Shown: in pieces, positions 1-7,171 of the stretch | Layout of the letters: every line of letters begins with the position of its first letter | Position numbering within the stretch: position 1 is the stretch's first letter | Translations under genes and position numbers: made by a program | Assembly: GCA_964453935.1 (NCBI GenBank) | Contig: CAYVPX010000017.1 | Coordinates: 1 to 13,721, forward strand | Origin: an uncultured bacterium | Lineage (GTDB): Bacteria; AUK180 | Reading direction: 5' to 3' | Length of the DNA: 13,721 nucleotides | The notes under the pieces: generated by a model | The model's input: the letters and a program-made list of their open reading frames with translations, nothing else | What the model was told of the DNA's origin: nothing | Database searches by the model: none

Positions 1-32
1 GTAATGAAAATATTCTATTCGTAAAGATATAA

Positions 33-2228
33 TCATTGTTTAAAAGTTAAAGGAATATTTTTAGTAGTAGTGTGGCCGGATGCGATTACAATGGTTTCTT
101 TGTAAATATTTCTTTTGGGATTAACTAATCGAAGTTCATGTTTTCCCGTTTTCAATTTTAATTTAGCAATAGGAGTAGGTCCAATTTTTTTATTATCTAT
201 GTAAACATAAGACCATGGTTTGGAATTCACAACAAGGTATCCCCAATTCTTTTTTAATGATATTTTAAAAGAATTTTCTCCACCATTTTTAACAACAATA
301 TCCCTTTCATAAGGTTCAATTGTTTTTCCTTTAACTGAAATATGGTGTTTGCCAATGCTTAATTTTTGTGGTGGAATAGGCGTATAACCTATTTTTCCCC
401 CGTCAATAAATATATTTCCAAAGCCGCCTCTTATTGCGAAACTGCACTTCTCATATTTAATTACTCTCTTTTGAAGTGTATAATTGAACGTTGATCTTGT
501 CTTTTCTCCAAAGGAAATCTTGTTATCTATTGTCTCGTAACCCCTTAATTGTATCCTGAGCAAATGATCTCCGAATTTAAAGGTTTTTGTAATGGGTGTA
601 GTCCCTATAATGGAATTATCTATGACAACTTTTGCACCGGCAGGATCTGTTGTAAATGTAAAAGTTCCTTCACTCTTTTTTAAAACAAATTTAAGTGTTT
701 TTCTCTCATTTTTTTGAACTTTAATACTTTTATTTATGGGATAGTACCCTTTTTTACCAATAAAAAGCTGATGTGTGCCAAGGTCAATTTTTATGGGAGA
801 ATTTATTTTCAAAGTATGATTGTCAATCATTATGGAATTAGGCGGAGGATATACTTTTATTGTATATAATGCATAATTCCATGGTATAAGATCGATCGAA
901 AGACTCTTTTTCTCTCCTTTGTCAATAGAAAAATCATATTTCTTATTTTCATAAAGGTCTTTTTTTATTAAAATTGTATGTTTACCTGGTTTTACTGCCA
1001 TTGAGATAGGGGTGGGATTTTTTACAGGTACTTTATCTATCATTACCTTAGCACCTTTTGGATTTGTATCCAAAGAAAATTTTGTTTTCACATTAAAAAC
1101 CGTAAAATACAATACTGCAACTAATGCAATAACAAAAGCAACAGGTATGAAAATAGGAACGCCTTTCTTTAAACTTTTCTCAATTTTTTCAATGTAATTT
1201 TTGCTTTCTTTATGTTCAGGATCCCAGACCAATACTCTTTTAAAATGTACTATTGCCTCGGAATATTCTGCCTTGCCGTTTTTAAAATATTTTTCACCAA
1301 GATTGAATTCTTCGGTAATTTGTTCCTTCTTAAAATTTTCCCAATATTTTGCCGGATTTTTCAAATATCCTTTAATAATAGATTCATCCGGTGAAATATT
1401 GTATGATGAAAAATAATTTTCAATATCTCTCAATGCACTATCAGCCTCTTTATATCGATTTTCAGGATTTTTTGCAACTAATTTTTTATATATATTAATT
1501 ACATTTTTGGAAATTGGTTCTTTAAGATCAGGGATAGGTAATTCATCATCGGATATTATCTTTGCAATGATAGACATATAATTTTTATCACTTGGATATG
1601 GTTTTTTCCCTGTTAGCAATTCATAAAGCATTATACCGGTAGAAAAAATATCAGTCTGATTATTAACATCCTCACCTTTGGCTTGCTCAGGAGACATATA
1701 AGTTGGGGTTCCCATCAATGTGCCTGTCATTGTTAGATTGGACGCTTCTTCAGATCTTGCCAAACCAAAGTCAACAATCTTTACATACCCATCTTTTGAA
1801 ACAAGTATATTTGCAGGCTTAATATCTCTATGTATAATTCCTTGATGATGAGCGAACGCCAAACCTTTTAATACAAAATATACGAAAAGTACTGCGATTT
1901 GTTCCGGCATTTTACCGCCTAATTTTTTAATGATGAATTTCAGGTCAACGCCTTCAACAAACTCCATTATAATAAAGGATGTTTCTTTTTGTTTAATAAA
2001 TTCATAAATTCTAACAATATTAGGATGTTCTAATTTTGATAATGTCTTTGCTTCCCTTTGAAATCTAATTATAAAGCTTTCATCTTCTACGAGAAATGAA
2101 TGCAATTGCTTAATGGCAACTACACGATCCAAAGAAGTTTGGATTCCTTTATATAATGTAGCCATTCCTCCTTTCCCGACCTTTTTACCTACTTCATAAC
2201 CTGGAATATTGATATTTTTATCACTCAT
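33..2228 (-). CDS. Ser/Thr protein kinase, single-pass membrane protein with C-terminal PEGA-domain repeats
   Basis: N-terminal Hanks-type kinase motifs are present: G-rich loop GKGGMATLYKG, VAIK lysine, HRDIKPANILV catalytic loop, DFGLA, and an APE-like SPEQ. A TPR-like stretch precedes one hydrophobic TM segment (VPIFIPVAFVIALVAVLYFTVF). The C-terminal half holds four or five ~60-70 aa repeats with PEGA-like cores (PKGAKVMIDKV..., DPAGAKVVIDNSIIGTTPI..., IDGGKIGYTPI..., IDNKKIGPTPI...). The start is ATG 2226-2228 (minus strand) and the stop is TGA 33-35. Confidence 0.85.
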   Translation of the reverse strand: MSDKNINIPGYEVGKKVGKGGMATLYKGIQTSLDRVVAIKQLHSFLVEDESFIIRFQREAKTLSKLEHPNIVRIYEFIKQKETSFIIMEFVEGVDLKFIIKKLGGKMPEQIAVLFVYFVLKGLAFAHHQGIIHRDIKPANILVSKDGYVKIVDFGLARSEEASNLTMTGTLMGTPTYMSPEQAKGEDVNNQTDIFSTGIMLYELLTGKKPYPSDKNYMSIIAKIISDDELPIPDLKEPISKNVINIYKKLVAKNPENRYKEADSALRDIENYFSSYNISPDESIIKGYLKNPAKYWENFKKEQITEEFNLGEKYFKNGKAEYSEAIVHFKRVLVWDPEHKESKNYIEKIEKSLKKGVPIFIPVAFVIALVAVLYFTVFNVKTKFSLDTNPKGAKVMIDKVPVKNPTPISMAVKPGKHTILIKKDLYENKKYDFSIDKGEKKSLSIDLIPWNYALYTIKVYPPPNSIMIDNHTLKINSPIKIDLGTHQLFIGKKGYYPINKSIKVQKNERKTLKFVLKKSEGTFTFTTDPAGAKVVIDNSIIGTTPITKTFKFGDHLLRIQLRGYETIDNKISFGEKTRSTFNYTLQKRVIKYEKCSFAIRGGFGNIFIDGGKIGYTPIPPQKLSIGKHHISVKGKTIEPYERDIVVKNGGENSFKISLKKNWGYLVVNSKPWSYVYIDNKKIGPTPIAKLKLKTGKHELRLVNPKRNIYKETIVIASGHTTTKNIPLTFKQ

Positions 2229-2234
2229 AACGGG

Positions 2235-2263
2235 ATTTTACCATATTTTTATTAAAAAAACAA
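2235..2263 (-). promoter_or_regulatory. Putative sigma70 promoter for the kinase gene: -35 TTGTTT, 17-nt spacer, extended -10 TGgTAAAAT, ending 6 nt before the ATG (possible leaderless transcript)
   Basis: The minus strand reads cTTGTTTttttaataaaaataTGgTAAAATcccgttATG. The -35 is at plus coordinates 2258-2263 and the -10 at 2235-2240. There is no Shine-Dalgarno between the -10 and the ATG. AT-rich DNA produces such hexamers by chance, so confidence is low. Confidence 0.3.
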
Positions 2264-2321
2264 GTTTTTTGTATAAAATTAACATCCCCCCATTTTTTTT
2301 AAGCATAATCATAGATCCCCA

Positions 2322-2575
2322 CTAAAGTGAATAAATTGTCAATAGGTCGCTCCCAAAGATAAAATAACTTGCTATCATTAATAAAACATTCATCGTTTTT
2401 AATCTGTTATAATCGTGATATTGCATTGTTTCATAATGTAATTCCGTTTTTATTAATCTGTGATATTCCTCTATTGTCCACCTATAGCCATATCCTTCAA
2501 ATATTGTGTCCCTGGCTTCTTTTAGTGTTATACCATCAGGTAATTTTGATAAATAGTAACTATAACAATGCCTTT
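2322..2575 (-). pseudogene. Fragment of an IS4/IS5-family DDE transposase (C-terminal ~85 aa only, no start codon); IS remnant
   Basis: The minus strand has an open frame from 2642 to stop TAG 2322-2324 with no ATG/GTG/TTG start. It translates as ...HCYSYYLSKLPDGITLKEARDTIFEGYGYRWTIEEYHRLIKTELHYETMQYHDYNRLKTMNVLLMIASYFIFGSDLLTIYSL*. This contains an exact Y-x2-R-x3-E-x6-K (YREK) signature (Y-G-Y-R-W-T-I-E-E-Y-H-R-L-I-K, plus coordinates ~2448-2492). Compare IS10 ...YSKRMQIEETFRDLK. The composition is protein-like, unlike the AT-junk frames nearby. The upstream catalytic region is absent. Confidence 0.5.
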
Positions 2576-2598
2576 TTAAAAAATTTAAATAGATAACT

Positions 2599-2626
2599 TT
2601 GAGAAAAATTATTAAAAAGTTATAAT
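2599..2626 (+). promoter_or_regulatory. Putative sigma70 promoter of the lipid-module operon: TTGAGA, 16-nt spacer, TATAAT
   Basis: TTGAGA at 2599-2604 and TATAAT at 2621-2626 form a near-consensus pair. It lies inside the IS remnant and points into the DedA gene. The predicted TSS is ~2633-2635, at the second in-frame ATG (2634). Confidence 0.3.
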
Positions 2627-3251
2627 GATATTTATGGCTTATTTAGTAGAAAATTTCCTTAACCATTTTCACACGCTTTATTTGTTTGGGATAATTTTAA
2701 TTTATCTATTTTTACCTTTTGGTTTGGCAATTTCAGAAGAGATTTTGACTATTATAATAGGTATTTTGGTGGGCAGGGGTTATGTCTCACCTTTTTCAGG
2801 AATTGTTGGCACTGTTTTAGGTGTTTATCTATCTGACATTATCTGTTATTTTATGGGAGTTTTAGTCGATAAATCATTAAAATTACCTATTTTGAGCAAA
2901 ATATATAAAAAAAAGGATAGAATCAGTATATATGATAAATTTCATAATAAATTCAAAGGCGCTTTTATTTTAATAATAAAATTTCTGGTAGGCCTTAAAT
3001 TCTGGATATATGTAGGTGCAGGATACAAAAAGTTCAATTTAAAAACATTTTTAATTGAAGATTTTTTTGCTGCTATAATTTTTAGTCTAATTTATTTAGT
3101 TATTGGTTTTTACTTTGGGTCCCATTTGAATGAAATTTTAGTATTTTTAAATAATTTTAAATACTTACTTATTGCTTTAGTTGTAATAGGGATCACAATA
3201 TTTATTTTAAGGAGAAAAAAACATGAGAAAGACACATCCCATTTATCTTGA
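2625..3251 (+). CDS. DedA/VTT-family (SNARE-associated) integral membrane protein
   Basis: The protein has multiple TM segments. DedA-like motifs include LFLPFGLAISEEILTIIIGILVG (F-x-P..E..L..G core) and a second re-entrant-like element KFKGAFILIIKFLVGLKFWIYVGAG (K/RF-x-P/G-x-R/K-x6-AG pattern). The annotated ATG 2625 sits inside the putative -10 box, so ATG 2634 (MAYLV...) may be the real start. The 3' end overlaps the next gene by 29 nt. Confidence 0.55.
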   Translation: MIFMAYLVENFLNHFHTLYLFGIILIYLFLPFGLAISEEILTIIIGILVGRGYVSPFSGIVGTVLGVYLSDIICYFMGVLVDKSLKLPILSKIYKKKDRISIYDKFHNKFKGAFILIIKFLVGLKFWIYVGAGYKKFNLKTFLIEDFFAAIIFSLIYLVIGFYFGSHLNEILVFLNNFKYLLIALVVIGITIFILRRKKHEKDTSHLS

Positions 3252-4326
3252 TAAAAATGAGAATTTATACGGTCCTTCACACCTCGTTTATGAGTTCGTG
3301 CTAAAAATTAATAAGGAAATTTTTTCCTATTATTCAAGAAATTCAATTAACAGAATTTCTGAAAGCATTTTAAAATATTTGAAATATGATGCCAATAAAA
3401 TTATAATTTCCTATGGTGGCGAAGACCTTTTATGGCAAATTACAAATTTTATCCATGGTGAAGGGGAAAAGAAGCTACTTATTGCAGATAATTCGTGGTG
3501 GTATTATAGAAAAATTGCTGAAAAGGTAGGACTGAAAATAAAAACTTATAAAACTGTAAAAAAGGGAGATTATTGGGAAAATGGTTATGAAAATTTACTG
3601 AAAACTTTGAAAACCTATGATGGGAAATATGTTTTACTATGTTCGCCAAATAATCCTACAGGCGAGAGGCTTTTGAAAAATGAACTTTCAGAAATATTAA
3701 AAACTCATGAGAATAAATTATTTGTACTTGATGAAGCATATTGGGGGTTTGACTTTGATGAGGATGGAAGAATTGAGGATTATAATGAATTTTTAGAGGA
3801 ACATCCAAACCTGATTATATTACGAACCTTTTCAAAATTTTTTGCACTGGCTGGTGTTCGCATTGGTTTTGCTCTTTACGGTAAAAAGTGGCAAAAATTT
3901 AATGATTCCAATTATCGTTATCTTGGATATAATAAATTTTCTGAAGAAATTGTTATGAGAACATTGAGATCTTGCAAATATTATCATAAAATTGCCAGAA
4001 GAATTATGAAAGATAGAGAAAAAACTTATAATTTACTTAAAAACTTTGATGCTTATACTCCATTTAGGACATATACAAATTTTATAATTGTTAAAATAAA
4101 TAATTTAAATTTGAAGGAAGATTTAAAAAAAGCACTCACTAAAAAAAATATTGTAATTAAATGGTTTTCAGATGATGATAAAAATATGAAAGATTTTGTC
4201 AGGATAACCATTGGCAAAACTACACAAATGAAAAAGCTATGGAAAATATTTTTAAAAACAGCATTAAAGTATGAAAAAGACAAAAAGAATATTCCAATTA
4301 TTTCAAAGATCATTGAAGGGGAATAA
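3223..4326 (+). CDS. PLP-dependent class-I/II aminotransferase fold enzyme of the HisC/CobD subfamily (histidinol-phosphate aminotransferase / threonine-phosphate decarboxylase-like)
   Basis: Motifs: DKNENLYGPS (HisC N-terminal NENPxGPS), CSPNNPTGERL (NPxNPTG), VLDEAYWGF (IDEAY), and ILRTFSKFFALAGVRIGFAL (RTFSKAxGLAGLRxGY with the PLP lysine). A good RBS AAGGAGA sits 7 nt upstream of ATG 3223. Sequence alone cannot separate transaminase from decarboxylase chemistry. Confidence 0.8.
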   Translation: MRKTHPIYLDKNENLYGPSHLVYEFVLKINKEIFSYYSRNSINRISESILKYLKYDANKIIISYGGEDLLWQITNFIHGEGEKKLLIADNSWWYYRKIAEKVGLKIKTYKTVKKGDYWENGYENLLKTLKTYDGKYVLLCSPNNPTGERLLKNELSEILKTHENKLFVLDEAYWGFDFDEDGRIEDYNEFLEEHPNLIILRTFSKFFALAGVRIGFALYGKKWQKFNDSNYRYLGYNKFSEEIVMRTLRSCKYYHKIARRIMKDREKTYNLLKNFDAYTPFRTYTNFIIVKINNLNLKEDLKKALTKKNIVIKWFSDDDKNMKDFVRITIGKTTQMKKLWKIFLKTALKYEKDKKNIPIISKIIEGE

Positions 4327-5089
4327 AGCTGAAGAGTTTTTTGATAAACTTTTTTTCCGCCCAATTTCTTTTATTGTTGCATATTCTTTTTATAAGTTAA
4401 ATATATCACCGAATATAGTTACAATTTTATCAGGGTTTTCTGCTTTATTGGCATTTTTCGGGTTTTATAAGAATCAATTAATTTTAGGGTTTATATTTTT
4501 CTTTTTATCTTATTTGTTTGATCTTGCCGATGGTCAGGTTGCTCGCCTTTCAAAAAAGAGTTCACCCCTTGGCCGTATATTGGATGGTTATGTGGATATC
4601 TTTTCCTATATATGTGTCGCTTTTGGATTATCTTTTTACTTATTCCACCAAAACCATACATATACAGGATTCATATTATTTACTATACTCGGAATCTCTC
4701 AATCACTACATACATTACTATTTGATGGATTGAGAAATGAATATTTATGCTTAACGAAAAATTTACAAAATTGTAGAGAATACATGTTAAAAATGGACAT
4801 TCAAGAAGAAAAAGCAAAAAAGATGGCAAATTGGTATAATAAATTACAATGCATGATATTTAAAAAAATTGTTTTATTAGAAAAATTAGATGATAAAAAA
4901 CGTGATTTTTATATTTTATTCAACTCTTTTTTAGGAAGTGGAACTAAATATTTTTTCCTTTTTTTAGGCATTATTTTTCATAAAATTACGATTACCTTAT
5001 GGTTTTTAATCATTATTACCAATATTATTTTTATTATCTCTTATTTATGGGGAGCACATTATGAGAATAATTATACTGGCAGCAGGTAG
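4271..5089 (+). CDS. CDP-alcohol phosphatidyltransferase family integral membrane enzyme
   Basis: The signature D-G-x2-A-R-x8-G-x3-D-x3-D is present as FDLADGQVARLSKKSSPLGRILDGYVDIFSY. An N-terminal PNxxT element (ISPNIVTILSG) and several TM helices are also present. The only available start is ATG 4271, which overlaps the upstream gene by 56 nt. Confidence 0.8.
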   Translation: MKKTKRIFQLFQRSLKGNKAEEFFDKLFFRPISFIVAYSFYKLNISPNIVTILSGFSALLAFFGFYKNQLILGFIFFFLSYLFDLADGQVARLSKKSSPLGRILDGYVDIFSYICVAFGLSFYLFHQNHTYTGFILFTILGISQSLHTLLFDGLRNEYLCLTKNLQNCREYMLKMDIQEEKAKKMANWYNKLQCMIFKKIVLLEKLDDKKRDFYILFNSFLGSGTKYFFLFLGIIFHKITITLWFLIIITNIIFIISYLWGAHYENNYTGSR

Positions 5090-5777
5090 AGGACGAAGGC
5101 TTTCTCCTTTAACTGATACTACACATAAAACGCTTTTAAAAATTGGTGAAAAAACAATTTTGGAGCATACAATTGATAATTTTAAATTTTATAAAATACA
5201 TGATTTTCAATTTGTACTCGGTTATAGAGCAAATGATATCATTGATTTCCTGGATAAAAAGGGTATAAATTATTCATATGTAATAAATGATATCTGGGAT
5301 AAAACCAACAATATATATTCGCTATATCTTGCATTAAAAGAAGGTGATTCAGAAGATATTATTTTAATTGACAGTGATATCTTTTTTTCATATAAAATAT
5401 TGGAATCACTGTTTAGGCAAAAAGAAACTGCTTTTTTAGTCAGAAAAGGAAAATTAACAGAAGAGGATATGAAGGTTGTCATAAAAGATAATAGAATATT
5501 AAAAATATCAAAAGAAATACCTCTAAAAGAAGCAAGTGGTGAATCAATAGGTATTGAATATTTTACTAAAAAAGATTATGCTCTTCTTAAAAGTGAATTA
5601 GGGGATGTGATTGAAAATGAAACAAATGGAAAAAATCTTTTTTATGAGTATGCTTTTCAACGATTAATAGATAAAAAACTCATATCTCCCTATTCAATAA
5701 TCATAAATGATTTTGCCTGTGAAATAGACACGAGAGAAGACCTTGATTTTGCAAAAAATATTTTAAAAAAAAATTAA
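5061..5777 (+). CDS. LicC-family nucleotidyltransferase (CTP:phospho-alcohol cytidylyltransferase-like)
   Basis: N-terminal NTP-binding loop MRIIILAAGRGRRLSPLT. The sequence aligns well to S. pneumoniae LicC through the family-specific blocks FVLGY, TNNIYSLYLA (LicC YNNFYSLYL) and C-terminal EIDTREDL (LicC EIDSVQDY). RBS GGGGAG lies 6 nt upstream of the ATG. The start overlaps the upstream gene by 29 nt. Confidence 0.85.
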   Translation: MRIIILAAGRGRRLSPLTDTTHKTLLKIGEKTILEHTIDNFKFYKIHDFQFVLGYRANDIIDFLDKKGINYSYVINDIWDKTNNIYSLYLALKEGDSEDIILIDSDIFFSYKILESLFRQKETAFLVRKGKLTEEDMKVVIKDNRILKISKEIPLKEASGESIGIEYFTKKDYALLKSELGDVIENETNGKNLFYEYAFQRLIDKKLISPYSIIINDFACEIDTREDLDFAKNILKKN

Positions 5778-5910
5778 AAAAGATATGAAAAATACAGTAT
5801 GTCGAGACAACAGACAGATTTTATACTTAATTGGGTTTAAAAAGTAAAAAAGTAAATCCCAGCCCCTTAAAAAAATTTGATTTTTTTTAAAAAATAAATT
5901 AAAATAAAAT

Positions 5911-6555
5911 ATGTTAGACAAAGAGAAAATAGACCAATTGGTAGAAAAAGTTAAGAATGAATTTCCAAAGGGAATGTCACAAAATAATAATAAATTAATT
6001 ACTTTAGAGGTATCGGCTCACCATTTACATATTTCAAGGGAACATCTTGATATACTTTTCGGCAAGGGTTATGAACTTACATCTATTAAAGCTCTCTCTC
6101 AACCCGGACAGTATGCTGCAAAAGAAACAGTACGGATCGTGGGACCCAATGGCGAATACGATAATGTAAGAATATTGGGACCAGTAAGAAGTGAAACACA
6201 GGTTGAGATTGCAATGACCGATTGTTTCATTATTGGTATTGAACCGGTTATTAGAATGTCAGGTGATATTAATGGAACACCTGGTTGCATTATTTGGGGA
6301 CCAAAAGGGCATCTTGAATTAAAAAAAGGGGTCATTGTCGCAAAAAGACACTTTCACTGCACCCCGCAAACGGCAGAGAACCTTGGTTTAAAGAACAATG
6401 ATGTTGTTTCCGCTGAAATAAGCGGAGAACGAGGCGGTATATTGAGAAACATAATTGTTAGGGTTAGTGATAAATATGCAGATGCCATTCACCTTGATAC
6501 AGATGAAGGCAATGGTCTTGGTGTCAAGACCGGTGATCGTGCATATATTAAATAA
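5911..6555 (+). CDS. pduL: PduL-type phosphotransacylase (phosphate acetyl/propanoyltransferase) with N-terminal encapsulation-peptide-like helix
   Basis: The protein is colinear with Salmonella PduL across the conserved blocks: HHLHIS / HVHL-like, [69 protein letters not shown]. It has the two-repeat PduL architecture. The N-terminus [18 protein letters not shown] is a predicted amphipathic helix. Confidence 0.9.
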   Translation: MLDKEKIDQLVEKVKNEFPKGMSQNNNKLITLEVSAHHLHISREHLDILFGKGYELTSIKALSQPGQYAAKETVRIVGPNGEYDNVRILGPVRSETQVEIAMTDCFIIGIEPVIRMSGDINGTPGCIIWGPKGHLELKKGVIVAKRHFHCTPQTAENLGLKNNDVVSAEISGERGGILRNIIVRVSDKYADAIHLDTDEGNGLGVKTGDRAYIK

Positions 6556-6569
6556 AATCGGAGGTAGAT

Positions 6570-6854
6570 ATGGAAGCATTAGGTATGATTGAAACAAAAA
6601 GTTTGGTTGCATGTATTGAAGCTGCAGATGCAATGGTAAAAGCAGCAAAGGTACAGCTTGTTGCTTATGAAAAAACTGGCGGCGGTTATGTAACAGCTTT
6701 GGTAAGAGGCGATGTAGCGGCTTGTAAAGCAGCAACAGATGCAGGTGCCGCAGCAGCACAAAGAGTTGGCGAATTGGTAAGTGTTCATGTAATTCCAAGA
6801 CCTCATCAGAATCTTGACGGAATTTTCCCTATCAAAGCTAAAAGCAACAAATAG
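6570..6854 (+). CDS. BMC-H hexameric shell protein (PduA/EutM/CcmK family, Pfam PF00936-type)
   Basis: [79 protein letters not shown] is near-identical in pattern to PduA ([52 protein letters not shown]). RBS GGAGGT is upstream. Confidence 0.95.
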   Translation: MEALGMIETKSLVACIEAADAMVKAAKVQLVAYEKTGGGYVTALVRGDVAACKAATDAGAAAAQRVGELVSVHVIPRPHQNLDGIFPIKAKSNK

Positions 6855-6893
6855 AGGAAGTGGGATCTTTTTCCCACCACATAAGGACTTATT

Positions 6894-7163
6894 ATGTTAA
6901 TTGGAAAAGTTATCGGTAGAGTTGTTGCTACAAGGAAGGAAGAAAAACTTCATGGAGCAAAATTATTGGTGGTTCAGCCGGTTGGTCTTAATATGAAACC
7001 GCAGGGAGCACCCATTGTTTGCATTGATTCTGTAGATGCAGGATTCAAGGAAACCGTTCTCATTGTTCAGGGTTCTTCCGCTCGTTTGGTAACAAATCAA
7101 GGAAATAACCCTGTCGACGCTGCAATAGTTGGAATCATTGATTCCATTAAAATTGACGATTAG
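6894..7163 (+). CDS. BMC-P pentameric vertex protein (EutN/CcmL/PduN family), paralog 1
   Basis: 89 aa. N-terminal GKVIGRVVAT, then KLLVVQPV and D-x-VDAG-x-x-ETVLIVQGSSAR, as in EutN/PduN. Confidence 0.9.
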   Translation: MLIGKVIGRVVATRKEEKLHGAKLLVVQPVGLNMKPQGAPIVCIDSVDAGFKETVLIVQGSSARLVTNQGNNPVDAAIVGIIDSIKIDD

Positions 7164-7171
7164 GGAGAGAG

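Noticed and set aside
1012-1416. Three short plus-strand ORFs (61-71 aa) inside the kinase gene
   Set aside because: They are antisense to a well-supported 731-aa CDS. They have low-complexity F/L/I/K-rich translations typical of AT-rich antisense frames, and no RBS.
2369-2596. 75-aa plus-strand ORF in the intergenic region
   Set aside because: It lies antisense to the transposase-like fragment, has a low-complexity hydrophobic translation, and has no RBS. The protein-like frame in this stretch is on the minus strand.
4053-4364. 103-aa minus-strand ORF
   Set aside because: It sits entirely inside the aminotransferase and CDP-alcohol transferase genes on the opposite strand. Its composition is spurious-looking.
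3223-5089. Identical 29-nt overlaps at two gene junctions (3223/3251 and 5061/5089) as a programmed signal
   Set aside because: Most likely a coincidence of stop and start placement. I see no shared sequence motif at the two junctions.
5800-5816. TGTC-N9-GACA dyad upstream of the BMC operon as a regulator binding site
   Set aside because: It is a single short imperfect dyad. No regulator gene is nearby and I cannot assess conservation. It is kept only as a note in the promoter-gap finding.
6099-6806. Minus-strand ORFs of 78, 136 and 75 aa overlapping pduL and the BMC-H gene (including Cys- and Leu-rich low-complexity frames)
   Set aside because: These are antisense shadows of highly conserved genes. 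The Cys-rich 75-aa frame is the reverse complement of the Ala-rich BMC-H coding sequence (GCN codons read as NGC).
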